Part shown: positions 1-13,675 of the stretch, piece by piece | Layout: every line of letters begins with the position of its first letter | How positions within the stretch are numbered: position 1 is the stretch's first letter | Source: Parasitella parasitica NRRL 2501 | Lineage: Eukaryota > Fungi > Mucoromycota | DNA: 64,000 nucleotides | Assembly: GCA_025201805.1 (NCBI GenBank) | Contig: MU619254.1 | Span: 272,164-336,163 of the forward strand | Direction of reading: 5' to 3' | Made by a program: the position numbers and the translations under genes | The notes under the pieces: generated by a model | What the model was told of the DNA's origin: nothing | Database searches by the model: none | What the model saw: only the letters and a program-made list of their open reading frames with translations

Positions 1-408
1 GAAAACAATTAAAAATGACACAATCACGTTTGTCCAGAAAGCGTTTCTACTGCTGGCCGGTTCTTCCAATAAAAGGTACAATTTCCTCTTGATGCTGCTC
101 TTTATTTCAGGCATTGGAGGTGCCGAGTCTTCAATATCGATGTGAGTGGATGGCCGTGGTTGTCGTGGCTGTGGTGGATGCACGACCAAGTTGGCTACAG
201 AAGTCCAGCCTTCTTCCGCCAGTCTACCAAGCTTGCGATACAACGGCGGTTGGTATTGGTTATCGCTCGTGTGTTCTTCTGGGGAACTACTGCCAGGCTC
301 GGCCATCTCTATGGTTTCCCCATTGTGGAGTGGCTCTGTTTCTTCGTCTTCTTGCTTGGAGAATGATTTACTACCGCCACTGTTACCTTTTGAACGAAAA
401 AAATTCAT
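1..408 (-). CDS. Voltage-gated potassium channel (Kv/Shaker-like), N-terminal part; gene continues beyond the window start
   Basis: ATG at 408 after a CT-rich leader. The frame is open to base 1: MNFFRSKGNSGG...IKRKLYLLLEEPASSRNAFWTNVIVSFLIVF. The last part resembles the pre-S1/S1 motif of Kv channels (RxLWxLFExPxSSxAA followed by a hydrophobic helix). Pore and S4 are not visible in the window. Confidence 0.7.
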   Translation of the reverse strand, partial: MNFFRSKGNSGGSKSFSKQEDEETEPLHNGETIEMAEPGSSSPEEHTSDNQYQPPLYRKLGRLAEEGWTSVANLVVHPPQPRQPRPSTHIDIEDSAPPMPEIKSSIKRKLYLLLEEPASSRNAFWTNVIVSFLIVF

Positions 409-517
409 GAAGAAGAGGAGGAAGAGTGAGTAGCAAGCACAAATAGAGGAAAAAGAAGAAAGAGAGAGAGAAAGAGATGAAGATACTTTTGTACGTTATT
501 TATTTTGAACACCCGTT

Positions 518-2243
518 TTAAAAATGAAATGAAAACTGTTGTCCTCGACTGCCACCACCGAAAGGGAAACCGTTGCCTGCACCGCCAAAGTGAGCAAAGG
601 GGTTTCCATGGTGTTGGTGATGCGCGAATGGATTTCCGTATTGCTGCTGCTGCTGGGCAGATTCAGGGTCATAAGGGTCGAATCCGTTATCAAACTGATC
701 CCTCTTCTCGGGATCGCTCAGCACTTCGTACGCTTGGTTGATCTCTGCCATTTTGCCTTCTACTTGGTTTTTATCCAGCTCTCCGCTGTATTTATCCGGA
801 TGCCATTCATGAGCTTTTTTGCGGTACGCCTTCTTGATAGTACGTGCATCAGCGTCTCTCGATACATCTAATTAGGACTTGATTAGCAATCAATGAGGCT
901 CCTTTCCTGGTATGCGTATTACCTAATATTTTATAGTAATCTCTCTTCTTGCTTTGCTTTAATAACTGCTGTGCTCGCTGTAGTAACTGGCGAATACGAT
1001 TATCTTGCTGTCCACTAGCTTCGAATGCTTGTTCCAGATCGCGGACCGCACCTTCGAAATCATTGGCATTCAATTTCATTTCGCCCAAATGCGCTAGCGC
1101 TTCTTTATTCTGACGATCCAAATCAAGCGTCAATTGGCACCATTTTTGGGCCTTGTCCGTGTCCTTTTGTTTAGCTGACAATTCGCATGCCATTGAATAA
1201 ATTTTGATATGGAGTCTTTTGGGTAATGCAGGCGCGTTTAGATCTTTTTCCAACGTCTGGAATGGCTCGTCAATATCATTCACAATGCCTGGTTTGGTGC
1301 CTGTGCCGATTAAACCATTCAATGCCATGGCGTATCGCTGCCCTTTCTGTGCTTCTGCAGATTTTGTGATTTCTTTTTCAATGCGCTTGATTAGGCGAAA
1401 AAGACTTTTGCACTGACGATCTTCAGGGTCATAGTGTATACATTGTTTGACCTGAGTTAGCGCTCTTTCAGCCTCGTAAAGCGAAAAAAAGTTGATGGTG
1501 GCCAGTTCCAGCAAAAGACTCTTATCCGATGGGTTCAAATGAGCAACTCGTCTTGAAAGAAATCAGTGAATACAACAGCCATCCTATTTCTGTTTATCGA
1601 CACTTACGTATAGTCATTGGCTGCTTCTTCAATCTCGCCCTTGCCGATATGACATTTAGCACGAATAATACGCCATTGGGGCTTTTGAGGAGCAGTACGA
1701 ATGACTTGAGTCATATGCTGAATACACTGTTCATAGTTCCTGTCTTGATAAGCCTGTTGGCCCAAAATGCTCTGTTTCTCAGCGGCTTCGACCGATTCTA
1801 GCAAAGTCTTGACTTCTTGGTTGGACTTGGTGTCGCCATGTTCCAACAGATCGCTTTTGGCAAGCGAAAAATCACCGTCTGCAGCGTAAAGCTTGGCACG
1901 CTGTAATAGAGCCTTTTCAAAGCCTGGTTTCAAATCAAGTATTTTGGTGAAATCGTCAATGGCAGAAGCCGTTCTTCCCAAAGAAAGAAATGCAGTGGCT
2001 CTTTTATAGTAGGACACATAGTCTAAAGGGTTTTGCTCTGCAATATGTGATTAGCATGTATTTACTATTGCGGCTCTTGGAGTACATACGAATAGCAGCA
2101 TCAAAGCTCATGATGGCATCAGTGTATTTGCCAGTGACCAAGTGCTGGTTTCCCTCTGCTAAATGCTGCTCAATGCTCTTGTCAGCATAGCAGGTGTTTA
2201 CAAAGAAGGGTATAAGGAACGCTAATAATTTATTGGATTTCAT
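518..2243 (-). CDS. ER TPR-repeat/J-domain co-chaperone (DNAJC3/P58IPK-like), multi-exon
   Basis: Signal peptide MKSNKLLAFLIPFFVNTCYA; TPR repeats; KRDYYKILG; J-domain HPDK (~785-800); C-terminal G/F-rich tail ending QQFSFHF. Exons match ORFs 2004-2243, 1604-2017, 849-1538 and 518-751, joined by GT-AG introns. Confidence 0.92.
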
Positions 2244-2551
2244 GATGAAAAAGCGAGTGAAATCAATCCATATTTCATTTTAACCTAGTAATTAACCAAT
2301 AACATGGAAATAAATTAAAAAGTTGACACGTATTATTGGAGGTCTAATTTTCAGCATTAGGGAGGAACGTCCGCAAGACAGAGCTTCACAAGTACAAGCA
2401 ACCGTTTATAGCGGCATGTGATGCACTGTTTTAGGTCGCTGCTGATTGCAATGATTGTTATTAGATAGAAACAGTAGAGCAATACAGGGCGACGTGTATA
2501 TCATAATTCATATTTGCATTGTCCCCACATTTGCTACTGAGAAATCAGACA

Positions 2552-4401
2552 CTACCTATTGCTGTGATGATGGTCTCGGTATCTTTCCATCATGCGCGCG
2601 TTCTGATTGTACGCCTGTTCAGTCAAGCATTCTGTGGTAGCTGGTAATGCAGATGACGGTGGAGACAACAATGGGCTCAAGATGGATCCATATCGCTTCC
2701 TCGAGTAGGGCGAGACGCTGGTACTGCTTCTTGATTCCTTATTAGCATACGACCTTCTTCTTACGCCTGTCAGCATGGGAGGCACATCCAGCTCCTCTTC
2801 GTCATCTTGCTCATTATCGCTGGAATCTGAGTCGTCGTGCTTGGAGCGTTTCTTGATTCCTCTCCCTAGCGAGATGAGCTCTTCCAAATTCCTTGAAAAT
2901 CTGTTTTCGCCTGCTATAAATGGATGCCTAATGGCCTCTTGTGGCGTCATTCTCTTGATAGGATCTACTTGTAGCGCCTTTTTCAAGAAATCGAGCAGAT
3001 TTTGCCTCACTTTCATCTCTTTTTCTATCTCGGTGCTGGTCATGTCTTTTCTTGGCAGTGGGTATTTCAAAACTAGTTTATCCAAATTGTATGTCGAAAA
3101 ATAGCGTTTGCTTGGCTTTTCGTTTTTGTTTCTCTCCTCCGAGTACTGCCGAATATCTTTGAAAGAGTATCTGGTTTCGCCCGCAAGCGTCGTTTTTCTG
3201 TTGTAATATCGGTGTCCACATTTTCCTCCAGAAATCATATAGTCCGGCAAAGCACCCACTGCCTCAATGATGCGAGTCAGCTGGTTGTATTCAGAACTCC
3301 CAGGAAATAGAGGTAGGCCCAGGTACAGTTCTGCCACTATGCAGCCAAACGACCACATGTCAATTGCTGTCGAGTATTCAAGACCAATCAAGACCTCAGG
3401 AGATCTGTAGAATCTGCTCTGAATATACGTGTATGTCTGCTGTGATTCGTAACAGGCCGACCCGAAATCGATGACTTTGATAGCAGGGGATTCCAAGCTT
3501 CTCAGCAGAATGTTTTCTGGCTTCAGATCGCAGTGGATGATTTTGGCAGTCTTGATAACAGCCAAGGTATCCAGTATCTGCGCCGAGAATACTCGCACTA
3601 GATTGGTTGATAAGCCTTTGAAATGGTTCTGCTTGACGAGTTCGTACAAATTGACTGACAAAAGCTCAAATACAAGACACAGGTGGTTTTTGTGCATGAA
3701 TGACTCCTTCATTCGCAAGATGTTGTGCTCATCGTTTGGGTCGCTGACGGTGTTCAGCTAATTGCTTTTTGTTGGTATAATGACACGGCGCATCTGTGAA
3801 TACTGACTTACATGTCGAAGAATATCCACTTCAATCAGACTCTGCTTTGTATAAGCCGGCTTATTTTTGATGATTTTCACGCCCACCAATTCTCCAGTTG
3901 TCATGTTTTTGCATTTTGCAACCTGCCCAAACGTACCAGCACCCAAAATATCTATAATTAGATATCTGCTCTCAAGTTAGAATACTTGCTTGGTAAATGC
4001 GCAGTTTTTTTTTTTTCTTTTTTTTTCTTATACTTTTTCTCGTCATTTGGTCCAACTAGGCCATGCACATATAATATAAAATCTGAATTCTTGTTGTCGT
4101 ACCCATCATTCTTGGAAGGCACACTTGGTTTCGTCAAGACCCTTTTCGGATTGAAGGTTGTGTCGTACTCAAAGCACGGATTTCTCTTCCTGAACATATC
4201 ACAGATGTTTACTGTCATATTCTGAATCAACTGAAATCACAAAGTTAAGCATCATGCGCAAGTTTCCAAGATGAACTGCCTGCTTACCTTGTTCTTCAAC
4301 GAGTTTCTGCGGCATGAAAGGGGAAACCAATCTTGGTAGCTTGGCTGTCTTTCCAATTGTTCGGTTGACATGGTAGACCCTTGGTACACGGAAGATGACA
4401 T
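2552..4401 (-). CDS. Yak1/DYRK-family dual-specificity protein kinase, multi-exon
   Basis: GAGTFGQV, HCDLKPEN, DFGSAC, YTYIQSRFYRSPE, and the Yak1-type NPKRVLTKPS..NDGYDN..SDFILYV. Probable start MSSSVYQG at 4401, with intron 4231-4287 joining to LIQNMTVNIC. Confidence 0.92.
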
Positions 4402-5876
4402 TCGATTGGGAAAAATGGAAAAAGGTGATTGATATTCTAATCATGGAAAAAAAAAGCTTAAATGAAATTATTACCCCACGGAGATTTGTTTGTGCTCCCG
4501 AGATTTTGCATGAATCCAGAAAAAGTTGTCTCATTGGATTCAGACGCATAATGCAGCATACATAGGACGATGGGGTACTTGATTATCACGCATATTAATA
4601 CACGAACATTGTAAAAAGACCGTGTTCTGTAAAAACTATCAATAAAGCCCTTGTACATAAGCTGCTTTACTATGGGCGGCACAAGATTGCATCATTTATT
4701 AATCAGGCCATGCTGAGGTATTGACAAAGCAGCCGGCAAAGTCTTTGAACTTCAGGGACTAGAGATCAAAGTTGGATATTTATTCGTATAGTCTTAATAC
4801 TGTATCTGCCTGAAATTAGCATCCAAGCTCTTGTTTCTTTTTGGAGCTCATAAAAATCCCTGGATAAATGTTTAAAGTTCTTTAATTGCTAAGTCTCTTT
4901 ACTGTGCTCAATCTTCAATATTGCTTGCATTATGGCAAGCTTTATATTCCTGCTTGATAATAAAAATAAAAATAAAAAAACTTCTCCAATTTTGAATGAA
5001 ACTATGCAAACGACGTTTAGAAGGTGCCTGCGTAATGTTTTAACTTGAAGGCTTTGTTATCAATTGTATTCAGACTTCCATCAACAAAGCCGTTGATCGC
5101 GTATTCTCTAGAGTATTCTCTCTATATCATTTGGCATCTTGTTTTGAACAGCACTAAAGCTTTTCTGTACTTTATAATCCATCTGCAAAGAATAATCCAC
5201 AGGATATATAGCGAGCTATGCCCTTCATATTAGCTGAACATAATAAGATGCGGAAATGGAAGCCTTAACTTATATACGCCCAAACAGTACTTGGACATTT
5301 GTAACGCTCCATTACACAATCGGAAAGATGCTCATATATTTGAAGGCATAAGGAGAGAACAGAGTGCTTGAATGGCCTTTTGTAAATCAATTACAATTCT
5401 TATTTTGGAGCCACTACTACGTAAAATTGGAAAAAGAAACGCTGTAAGGAATGTGCCATGATGACTTATAATTATATTCAACATAAACCTCAAAGGTACC
5501 AAATTCAACCAAATCAATTATCAAAAATCATAATGAATTGGCACAATAGTTGGAATAATTATTGCAATTTTATAATTACTAACCCGAATACTTTCTTTAA
5601 GCCTTTAATATTTTTTATTATTGATACAAGCTAATCAATAAAGAATTGTGCTTTGCAACTGGCGGCTTTAATAAGAAATCCGTGGTAATATACAGTATTT
5701 ATCGCGTTTTCAGCGCATTGGATTTGCAAGCTTGTGAATGCAGCTTATATCAGCATAAACTCTGGGTTGTAATTAGATTGAGATTTTATTTCCCATGCTC
5801 GTAATATATATAAAATAAGCCTTTGTTTGTAGTTATTACTTTCTTTTTTCCATTTATAAAAGTCGGTTTGCACAAG

Positions 5877-7038
5877 ATGAAAGCATTCGTTGTTGAAAAA
5901 TGGTTGAAGGGCCCTGAAGAACTTGCTGTCAAAAATGTAGACCTCCCTAGCGAGCCAAAGAAGGGAGAACTCCAGGTCCAAGTCAAGGCTGCTGGTTTAA
6001 ACTTTTTCGACACATTGATGGTACATAACCAGCCAAAGGATAGCCCCATTTCATTGCTAATTGACATTTCACATAGATCCAAGGCAAGTATCAAATAAAG
6101 CCTCCATTCCCCTTCATTCCTGGTGGAGAATTCAGCGGTGTCGTGCTCAAATCTACTGTCCCCAACTTCAAGGCTGGTGACCGAGTTTTTGGATCTGGAA
6201 ACTCTTTTGCTGAAATCGTCAATGTCACTGCATCCAATGTTCTTCCTATGCCCAAGAACTTTTCATTTGAGCAAGCTGCTGGTCTGTACGTTACTTATCC
6301 TACCAGTTACTCGGCCCTTGTCTTGCGTGCCAATTTGAAGGCCGGTGAGTACTGTTTGGTTCATGCTGCTGCCGGTGGCGTTGGCATCGCTGCTGTTCAA
6401 ATCGCAAAGGCTCTTGGTGCCAAGGTCATTGCAACCGCTGGCTCAGCCGAGAAGCTCGAAATCGCAAAGAAATTCGGCGCTGACTTTGTCATCAACTACC
6501 GTGATAAGGATTGGCCAGAGCAAGTAAAGAAAATAACCAATGGCCACGGTGCAGATGTTGTTTATGATCCTGTTGGCTTAGTTGAGACAAGGTAAGAAAC
6601 AAGAACTTTGAATTGTGGACTTGTAGTAAATTTATTAATACGGAAAAATAGCACCAAATGCACCGCCTGGAACGGCCGTATTCTCATCATTGGTTTTGCT
6701 CAGGGCACCATCGAAAAGATCCCTGCTAACCGCTTGCTGTTGAAGAATATCTCTGCAGTGTAAGTTTACGCTTTATTAGTCACTGGGTAAATGCTCTTAT
6801 TTATGACACCTTACATAGTGGTTTGCATTGGGGTGCATATACCAAGAATGAACCTGAGCGCATTCCTGAGGTTTGGAAAGCGTTATTTGAATTGTTCGAA
6901 TCTGGTAAATTGCAACCTGCACTCTACGGAACAGTCTACTCGCTTGACACCATCCCTCAAGGTATGATGGCTATTAATGAGCGCAAATCATATGCCAAGG
7001 TTGTCGCAAAGGTTGGCAATGATGATAGCAAGCTTTAA
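5877..7038 (+). CDS. NADPH:quinone oxidoreductase / zeta-crystallin-like MDR enzyme with PTS1
   Basis: MKAFVVEKW...AAGLNFFD; LVHAAAGGVGIAAVQIAKALGA nucleotide-binding motif; GADVVYDPVG; C-terminus DDSKL; three short introns. Confidence 0.92.
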
Positions 7039-7344
7039 ATATTTGTATAATCAAGATAAAAATATAAAAGTTGAAAATTTAAAATGTACACAGTGTTACG
7101 CATATACAACATCGACATGCTACTGTATCAAGTGTTGCATAGATCTTCTTGGTTCGAAAGAGACGCCAGGATATGGTTCTCAAGCTTCCATTTGTGACAC
7201 TTGACATGATACTCAAATGACGCTTTCTTTCATTTAAACAAAATGTTGTTGACCAGAGGCATCTCATTCTTTCTTCCTCTTTCTCTTTCTCTTTCTTTTT
7301 CTTTTTCTCTATTTTTTTTTTTTTTTTCTTTTCTCTTTTTTCCA

Positions 7345-8662
7345 ATGGAGTCGAAATTTCACTCTTGTGATAGTAACACAATGCGATCATTTCTATTGTC
7401 AAATCCTGGAGCAGGGGCATACTCTCAGTCACCTCCATCTCCACAGCCTACAACACATGCAGATCAGACACCGTATGCCTCAATAACATCTCAGCCTGTA
7501 CAGATACCTCAGAAATCAACAACTGCCAGCACGTTTGTTCACAAATTATACAATATGGTGCTAGATGACCAGTTCCAGCATTTGATTGCATGGAATTACA
7601 CGGGTGCGTCCTTTATTGTCTGCAACATCATGGAGTTTGCAAGAGATGTTCTGCCAAAGCATTTCAAGCACAACAACTTTAGCAGTTTTGTCAGACAGCT
7701 CAACATGTAAACAAGATGCGCAATGTTTATTTGACAAAAAGTACTTAAAAAAAACATATATATATATATATATTATATGTATATACATGATATAGGTATG
7801 GCTTCCATAAAGTGAACAAGTCGCCTCGTGGCCACCGAACATTGGCAGAGAATCAAATCTGGGAATTCTCTCACTCAAGGTTCATTCGAGATCGTTCTGA
7901 CTTGCTAGACGAAATAAAACGCAAAACCATGGAATCTGATACTGTGCGACGTGAAACCGACTTGCATGCACATATGGCAATGATGCAGATGTCTCAATCT
8001 GATATGCTGCAGCAAATAAATCATCTGCACGATACGTTTAATCAAATTGTCAAGGAATTGCACGAAACAAAACAAAAGCAAGAGCATAATAACAAATTAG
8101 TGAAAAACTTGCTATCATATATCACTCAGCAAAATGGAGGTATGTTTGTTTGCTTTTACGTGTGTATGGCGGTGCTCATTGACTAACAATTGCCTACCTA
8201 CCAGGTCAGATACCCCATGAACTTGGCTCAGAGTTCAAGAAACTAGATATGAATGCAAAAGTAGCACCTTCAATATTTATCACAACACACCAAGATCATT
8301 TCAATCACCAGCACCAGCCCTTGGTCCCCACTCAAAGTCGACCAAATAGTAGTCTATTACCGTCGGCTACTTTTCCTGGTGCGTTAATACCTAGTCCAAA
8401 TCCAACTCACCTGGCAACAGCATCCTCCACATCACTCGATAAAAATTTCAACTATTTCCAAACGAATTCAACATCACAAAGTCCATCCCAGGTGCTGGCA
8501 GCAGCGCAAGCGGCAGCATCAGTGACAATGACATTGCCTGACATTTTGAACTCACCGACACCATCGCCCACACCTTCACCTGCGCCTGCGCACCAAACCG
8601 ACATTGGTCGAAATAACCGTTTCTCCTTTAACAATTCATCGCATCACTCAATGAATGGGTAA
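7345..8662 (+). CDS. HSF-type DNA-binding transcription factor
   Basis: FVHKLYNM...FARDVLPKHFKHNNFSSFVRQLNM/YGFHKV...WEFSH is the HSF DNA-binding domain. A coiled coil and an S/P/Q-rich tail follow. Two introns; no receiver domain seen. Confidence 0.92.
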
Positions 8663-9365
8663 CATATGTTTATTTGTTATACGATAATAGATTCAAAGAT
8701 TTATCTTCTCTTTTATGACATTATACTCTTTTCTTTCTTCTCTTGGTTAAAACTAATTATAGTGACCCTCTTTTCCTCCCTTCCTCCCCCCCTTCCTCCC
8801 CCCTGGTCAGCTAATTAAGTGGGCAGAGAAATCCAGCTATTCCTTTGCTTCTATTGTATATTTACTGTTACACTGGTCATTTGGTTTAATAGGATCAGAT
8901 TACTATTACAGTGTTTTTTTAAATTAAAAAAAAAAGAGAGGTGCTGGCAGCGCTATAAAACCAGTAGAATCAGGAACTGTGTATATTCTGAAGAGCTATA
9001 ATTGATAAAGCATAATTGTACTAGAGATCAGTAAAAAAAAACAAAAAAATTGATAAAGCCCCCATCAACTGTAATATTTTATTCAAGATAGATCAATTTG
9101 TTATATTCGCGATATGATATAATACAGTTTTCGCACATACAACTACCCATTATTGAATAGACTTTTACCATGATACATGTATTAAAAGTTTTCCTAATAT
9201 ACGCAAGACAATGGTCAATATCACCTGAAAATACCGATTGTTGTCTTACATGTAATTTTAGCTAATTTGTTTTTAGCAGATTCAGGAGTTGCTAAAAAAA
9301 AAAAAGAGTTAATTAGCTCTTCTGCTTCTTTTTGTTCCATTTTATACATGACACTCACATAAATA

Positions 9366-12348
9366 ATGAAGAATCCAGGTTTCATTATTTGCACTGCACT
9401 GCTGTTGTCACTATTTACAGTATATGCTGATAACGATAACATTGGCTTTAATCCAAAGCTCAAATCACCCATCCAAAACAATATACCCGGGCGATTTCTG
9501 ATCGAGTATACCACCAACGATGCCCACAGCAACGACATGTTTGACTCATTAAAAGACACATACCAAGCAGTTTCTGTAGGAGACCCAGTATCGTTATCTG
9601 ATGGGAGCCGTATGCGTTCAGTCCATAACAACAACGCAAATGAACACGATAATTTTTTGCAGACATTAGTAGACCATGAAAATGTGGTGGCGGTGTATCC
9701 AGTCACCTACGTAGCACGGCCTGCCTCCAAATCGAATGGCTATTTCGGCCAGATTAGTCCTGAAATCACTGAAAAGATCCAGGCACACGGTTTAACTCAA
9801 GTTGATCAGCTCCACAAAGAAGGATGGTTCGGTAAAGGTGTTCGTATTTGCGTCCTTGATACAGGCATAGATTACATGCATCCTGCGTTAGGCGGCGGTT
9901 TCGGGCCAGGTTATAAAATCTCGTTTGGTGCAGATTTGGTGGGAGACGACTACGATCCAATGGACCAGAACAGCACAGCGCTTTCTGATAATAAACCACC
10001 ATTAGACAATTGCAGCAAGTTGAACAAAGAAGCCGGTAAATTGGAGGGGGGGGGGGAGAAAGACCAAAGAAATAATAATGTAGTCGTAAACTCACATGCT
10101 ACACACTAGATGGCCATGGAACACACGTTGTTGGCATTATTGCTGGGAATGACACATCCAAAGTAATACACGGCCGCATTTTATTCTTGTATCTTGTTTT
10201 ACTAACAAGCAGCTCCGAGTAGGGTTTCATTGGCGTCTCCCCAGATGCGGATATCGGTGTGTGGAGGGTCTTTGGCTGTAATGGTGGGAGTAGCTCTGAA
10301 ATCATCATGAAGGCAATGATTGAGGCTCAAAAAGCGAAATGCGATGTAATTAATATGAGTCTAGGCAATGGAGCGCCCTGGTCAGAGCTGCCTCATGCCG
10401 CGTTTGCTCAAAAACTAGCCAAGCAAGGCATATCAGGTAATGTTAGGAGCAATTGCCTGCTTTTTATGCACATGGCTAACCAACCTGGGGCAATGTGTAG
10501 TGGTTGTCTCTAACGGCAACAATGGTGAAGACGGTGCTTTCACAGTGACAGATCCCGCCGGTGCTCATGATGCCCTAACCGTGGCTGCTGCTACCAATCC
10601 TAATTATTTAGGCAGTTTATTCTCCTTGAAGACATCTACAGGCAAGTCGTATGGGCCTTACTGTGAGTATAATAGTCATGTATACTGGTATATTTGTTAG
10701 GTAGCTCATAGTTCTGCATATAGCTTACCAAGTTGCTCCAGAGGCCAATGATGAGTTTCCAGACGGTGATATTGTATTAGGTGGAACATCAGACACGCTT
10801 TCTGCTTGCGAATCAGACACTATCAACAGCAATCGCAATCTTAAAGGAAAGTTAGCCCTAGTTAAGCAGGGACCCTGCCAAATTACGGAGCAAGCAAATC
10901 GGTTGGCAGTTGCTGGTGCTATTGGCTTGGTCTATTTCAACACGCAAGCCAACCATCTTATTCGAGCTCCTTTCATCAATGCTAGCATTCCTATCGCTAC
11001 AATTTCATCTGTCGGTGGCCATCATATGATGTCTATTTTGAAAAACGTAGATAGCAGCCGCGACCATGTTCATGTCAAATTTGAAAGAGATGCCTTTGTT
11101 TTCGAATCAGCAACTGCCAACACAATTGCCTACTTTTCAAGTGTGGGCCCTACGGTTGAACTGGATATGAAGCCTTCCTTCGCTGCTCTTGGTAGTGATG
11201 TATACTCTACGCTTCCACAGTATCTGGGAGGCTGGGGCACTAAATCAGGTACATCAATGGCCACGCCTTATGTCACTGGTGTGGTTGCTCTTATGAGACA
11301 GGCGTTAGCAGAAAAGAACCTACCATCGCAAATGCTGCACGAGAAGCTTCAAAACTATGGCAAAGTACTGAATGCTTATAAAGCCAAAAGTAACCAATTA
11401 GATTCACCATTGCGCCAAGGTGCAGGCCTGATTCAAGGTAAAAAAAACCAGCAAGTATTAATTTGCTGTAAAATCCGTGCAAACATAGCTTATGATGCCA
11501 TCAAAGAGCCTCTACATATATCTCCATCTTATTTCAGCTTCAATGATACCAGGGCAGGCAATGAATACAGATCTCATTCACTCAAAATCACAAACACAGG
11601 CGATAAGACCGTCGAATACAAGGTGATTAGCACTACTTCTGCTTCCATTTCATCCTATGGCCCGAACAACACTGAATTCAGAATAGTTGGTTACAACAGC
11701 GACAAATTCTACACTGCATCAGTCAATGTCGATGTCACAGTGGATCAAGACTCTGTGGAGCTGCAGCCAGGTGAATCAAAGCAGATACGTGCCACTGTCC
11801 ACATTCCTGCCGAATATGACAAAAACGAGCAAATCATGTATGGTGGGTTCATTCAATTCCAGCCTGTTGGGACCGATGCGGCTTCAGCCCATGTGCCTTA
11901 TTTTGGTGTGCTAGGCAGTCTGTACGATCTCCCAACATTCAAGACGTCTGAGCTGAGCATTGAAGATCAGCAAGGTCGCGCTTATGGCCATAATGATACT
12001 TTTAAACTCAAGCTCTCTGATCAGTCGACAGCGCCCACTATCGGATTCCATCTATTAACACCCTCTCGACGCATCGTCATTGATTTAATTGACTCTGAAG
12101 AGAATCGTGTTGGTTTTGTTGTCCCTACTTACAATTACGCAGAACGCTCGCTTAAAGCCAGTTCCACTGACGAACTAAATCCATGGACAGGTAAATTAAC
12201 CGCAGATGGCAACATCAACTCTGTTCCTTTCACTGTAAACCCGGGTCTATACAGAGTACGGTGGTCTGCATTGCGCATGTTTGGCGATTTAGATAAAAGC
12301 GAGGATTGGGTTATCCACTCTTCGTGTGAACTCGAGGTTGTAGCTTAA
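9366..12348 (+). CDS. Secreted subtilisin-like S8 serine protease (PA-domain/Fn3-extended type), multi-exon
   Basis: Signal peptide; catalytic triad motifs VLDTGIDYMHP, DGHGTHVVG and SGTSMATP; RQGAGLIQ; C-terminal YGGFIQF...HVPYFG. Confidence 0.92.
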
Positions 12349-12446
12349 AATCTGTACTATACATAAACAGCTTCTTTTTCTTTTTTTTTCTTTTTTTTTG
12401 ATAATGCGTGCGTTAGTTTATTTGTGTGTAGATTACAGAACTTTCT

Positions 12447-13171
12447 TTAGCGAGAAGTGGCAGCAGCCTTAGGGGCGAAACCCTTGGCTTGTTGTTTGCT
12501 GACCTTGGGTTGAGAGGCCTGACACACAAAAACAGCAGTGGTTAGATTATGGATACAACTCTATCATGGATTCCGTCTCACTTACAGTAGGCTTGGCTGC
12601 TTTTTTAGCAGCATCAGCAGCCTTTTTGGCATCCTTAGACTTGGAAATAGCAGCTTGGCGAGCAGCAGCACGAGCATCAGGCTTTTGGTTACGCTTAGCA
12701 CGGATAGCATCCCAAGAAGCACCAACAATAGCACGCTCGTGCTTGACAGTGCGGCGAGAACGCTTCTTTTGGATTTCTTCAGGCATACCCTTCTTGTTCA
12801 GATGACGGTAAATAACGGTCCATCTGATCTTACGGGGGTTCAAACGTTGAAGAAAGTAAGAAGCAGCCTTGCCATTAATGAAACGGAAAGTCTAGGCTAT
12901 TGTTAGAGATCCAAACAACGTAAACACCTGTCTAAATACATACTCTATCATATAAACATTAGCAAAAACCACAAGTCAAAGCAGCAATATGCAGTTTTCA
13001 TTCTGTACCTGCTATCGACACGAACATAGGTCTTTCCCTTGGCAGGGTAAATCTTGTGACCAGAGAAGGAACAAATCTCGAGTCTAATTGATAATGTTAA
13101 GTCTTATTTACTGGGTGAATGGATAGATGCGTTGTTGGATGGATGGATTGGGTGTTTTTCTCTTACTTCAT
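12447..13171 (-). CDS. RPL24: 60S ribosomal protein eL24
   Basis: MK/LEICSFSGHKIYPAKGK..., NPRKIRWTVIYR, KKRSRRTVKHERAIVGAS; three introns; TAA at 12447-12449. Confidence 0.96.
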
Positions 13172-13675
13172 TCTAGCTGTACCAAATTCTTAAAAGGAAC
13201 GATTCCTGGATGCAGCACCTACAGATTCAATATGGCTATTTGCCCAGGTAGAGGGGCAAATGTCCGGCAGCTCGAGAGCTGTGATGCTTGCGGCAAGTGA
13301 ACACTTTTCATAGCAACTTGATCGTAGCACGACAACAGTACGGGTAAAGAAAGTTATTGACAAAAAGGATTGCTTTACAAACGAGATCCTTTTCCGCACC
13401 GTTGATGCAATCTCGCAACGTCAAGATCATGCAGGAAACATGCTGCAGCTGCAAATTTCGACGACCCAAAGACGCCGCTTTTCGTGAGATCCAGATCCTG
13501 CTGATTATTCAAGTAATAACCAACACTGATGATTTAAAAGCAAAACGATAAGGAAATACAAGCCAAATGATTGTTTGAAAAAAGAGCAATTTAATATGTA
13601 CAATGAATAATGTCAAAATAATAAGTAGGTCATTTTTATTACAGATTTTTTTCTGCATAATCATGATATGAAAGT

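Noticed and set aside
114-433. Three plus-strand ORFs at the window start
   Set aside because: Shadows of the minus-strand channel frame, which has the recognisable motif and a proper leader.
11438-11488. Apparent protein insertion in the subtilase ORF (KKNQQVLICCKIRANI)
   Set aside because: A stop-free 51-nt GT-AG intron read through by the ORF caller.
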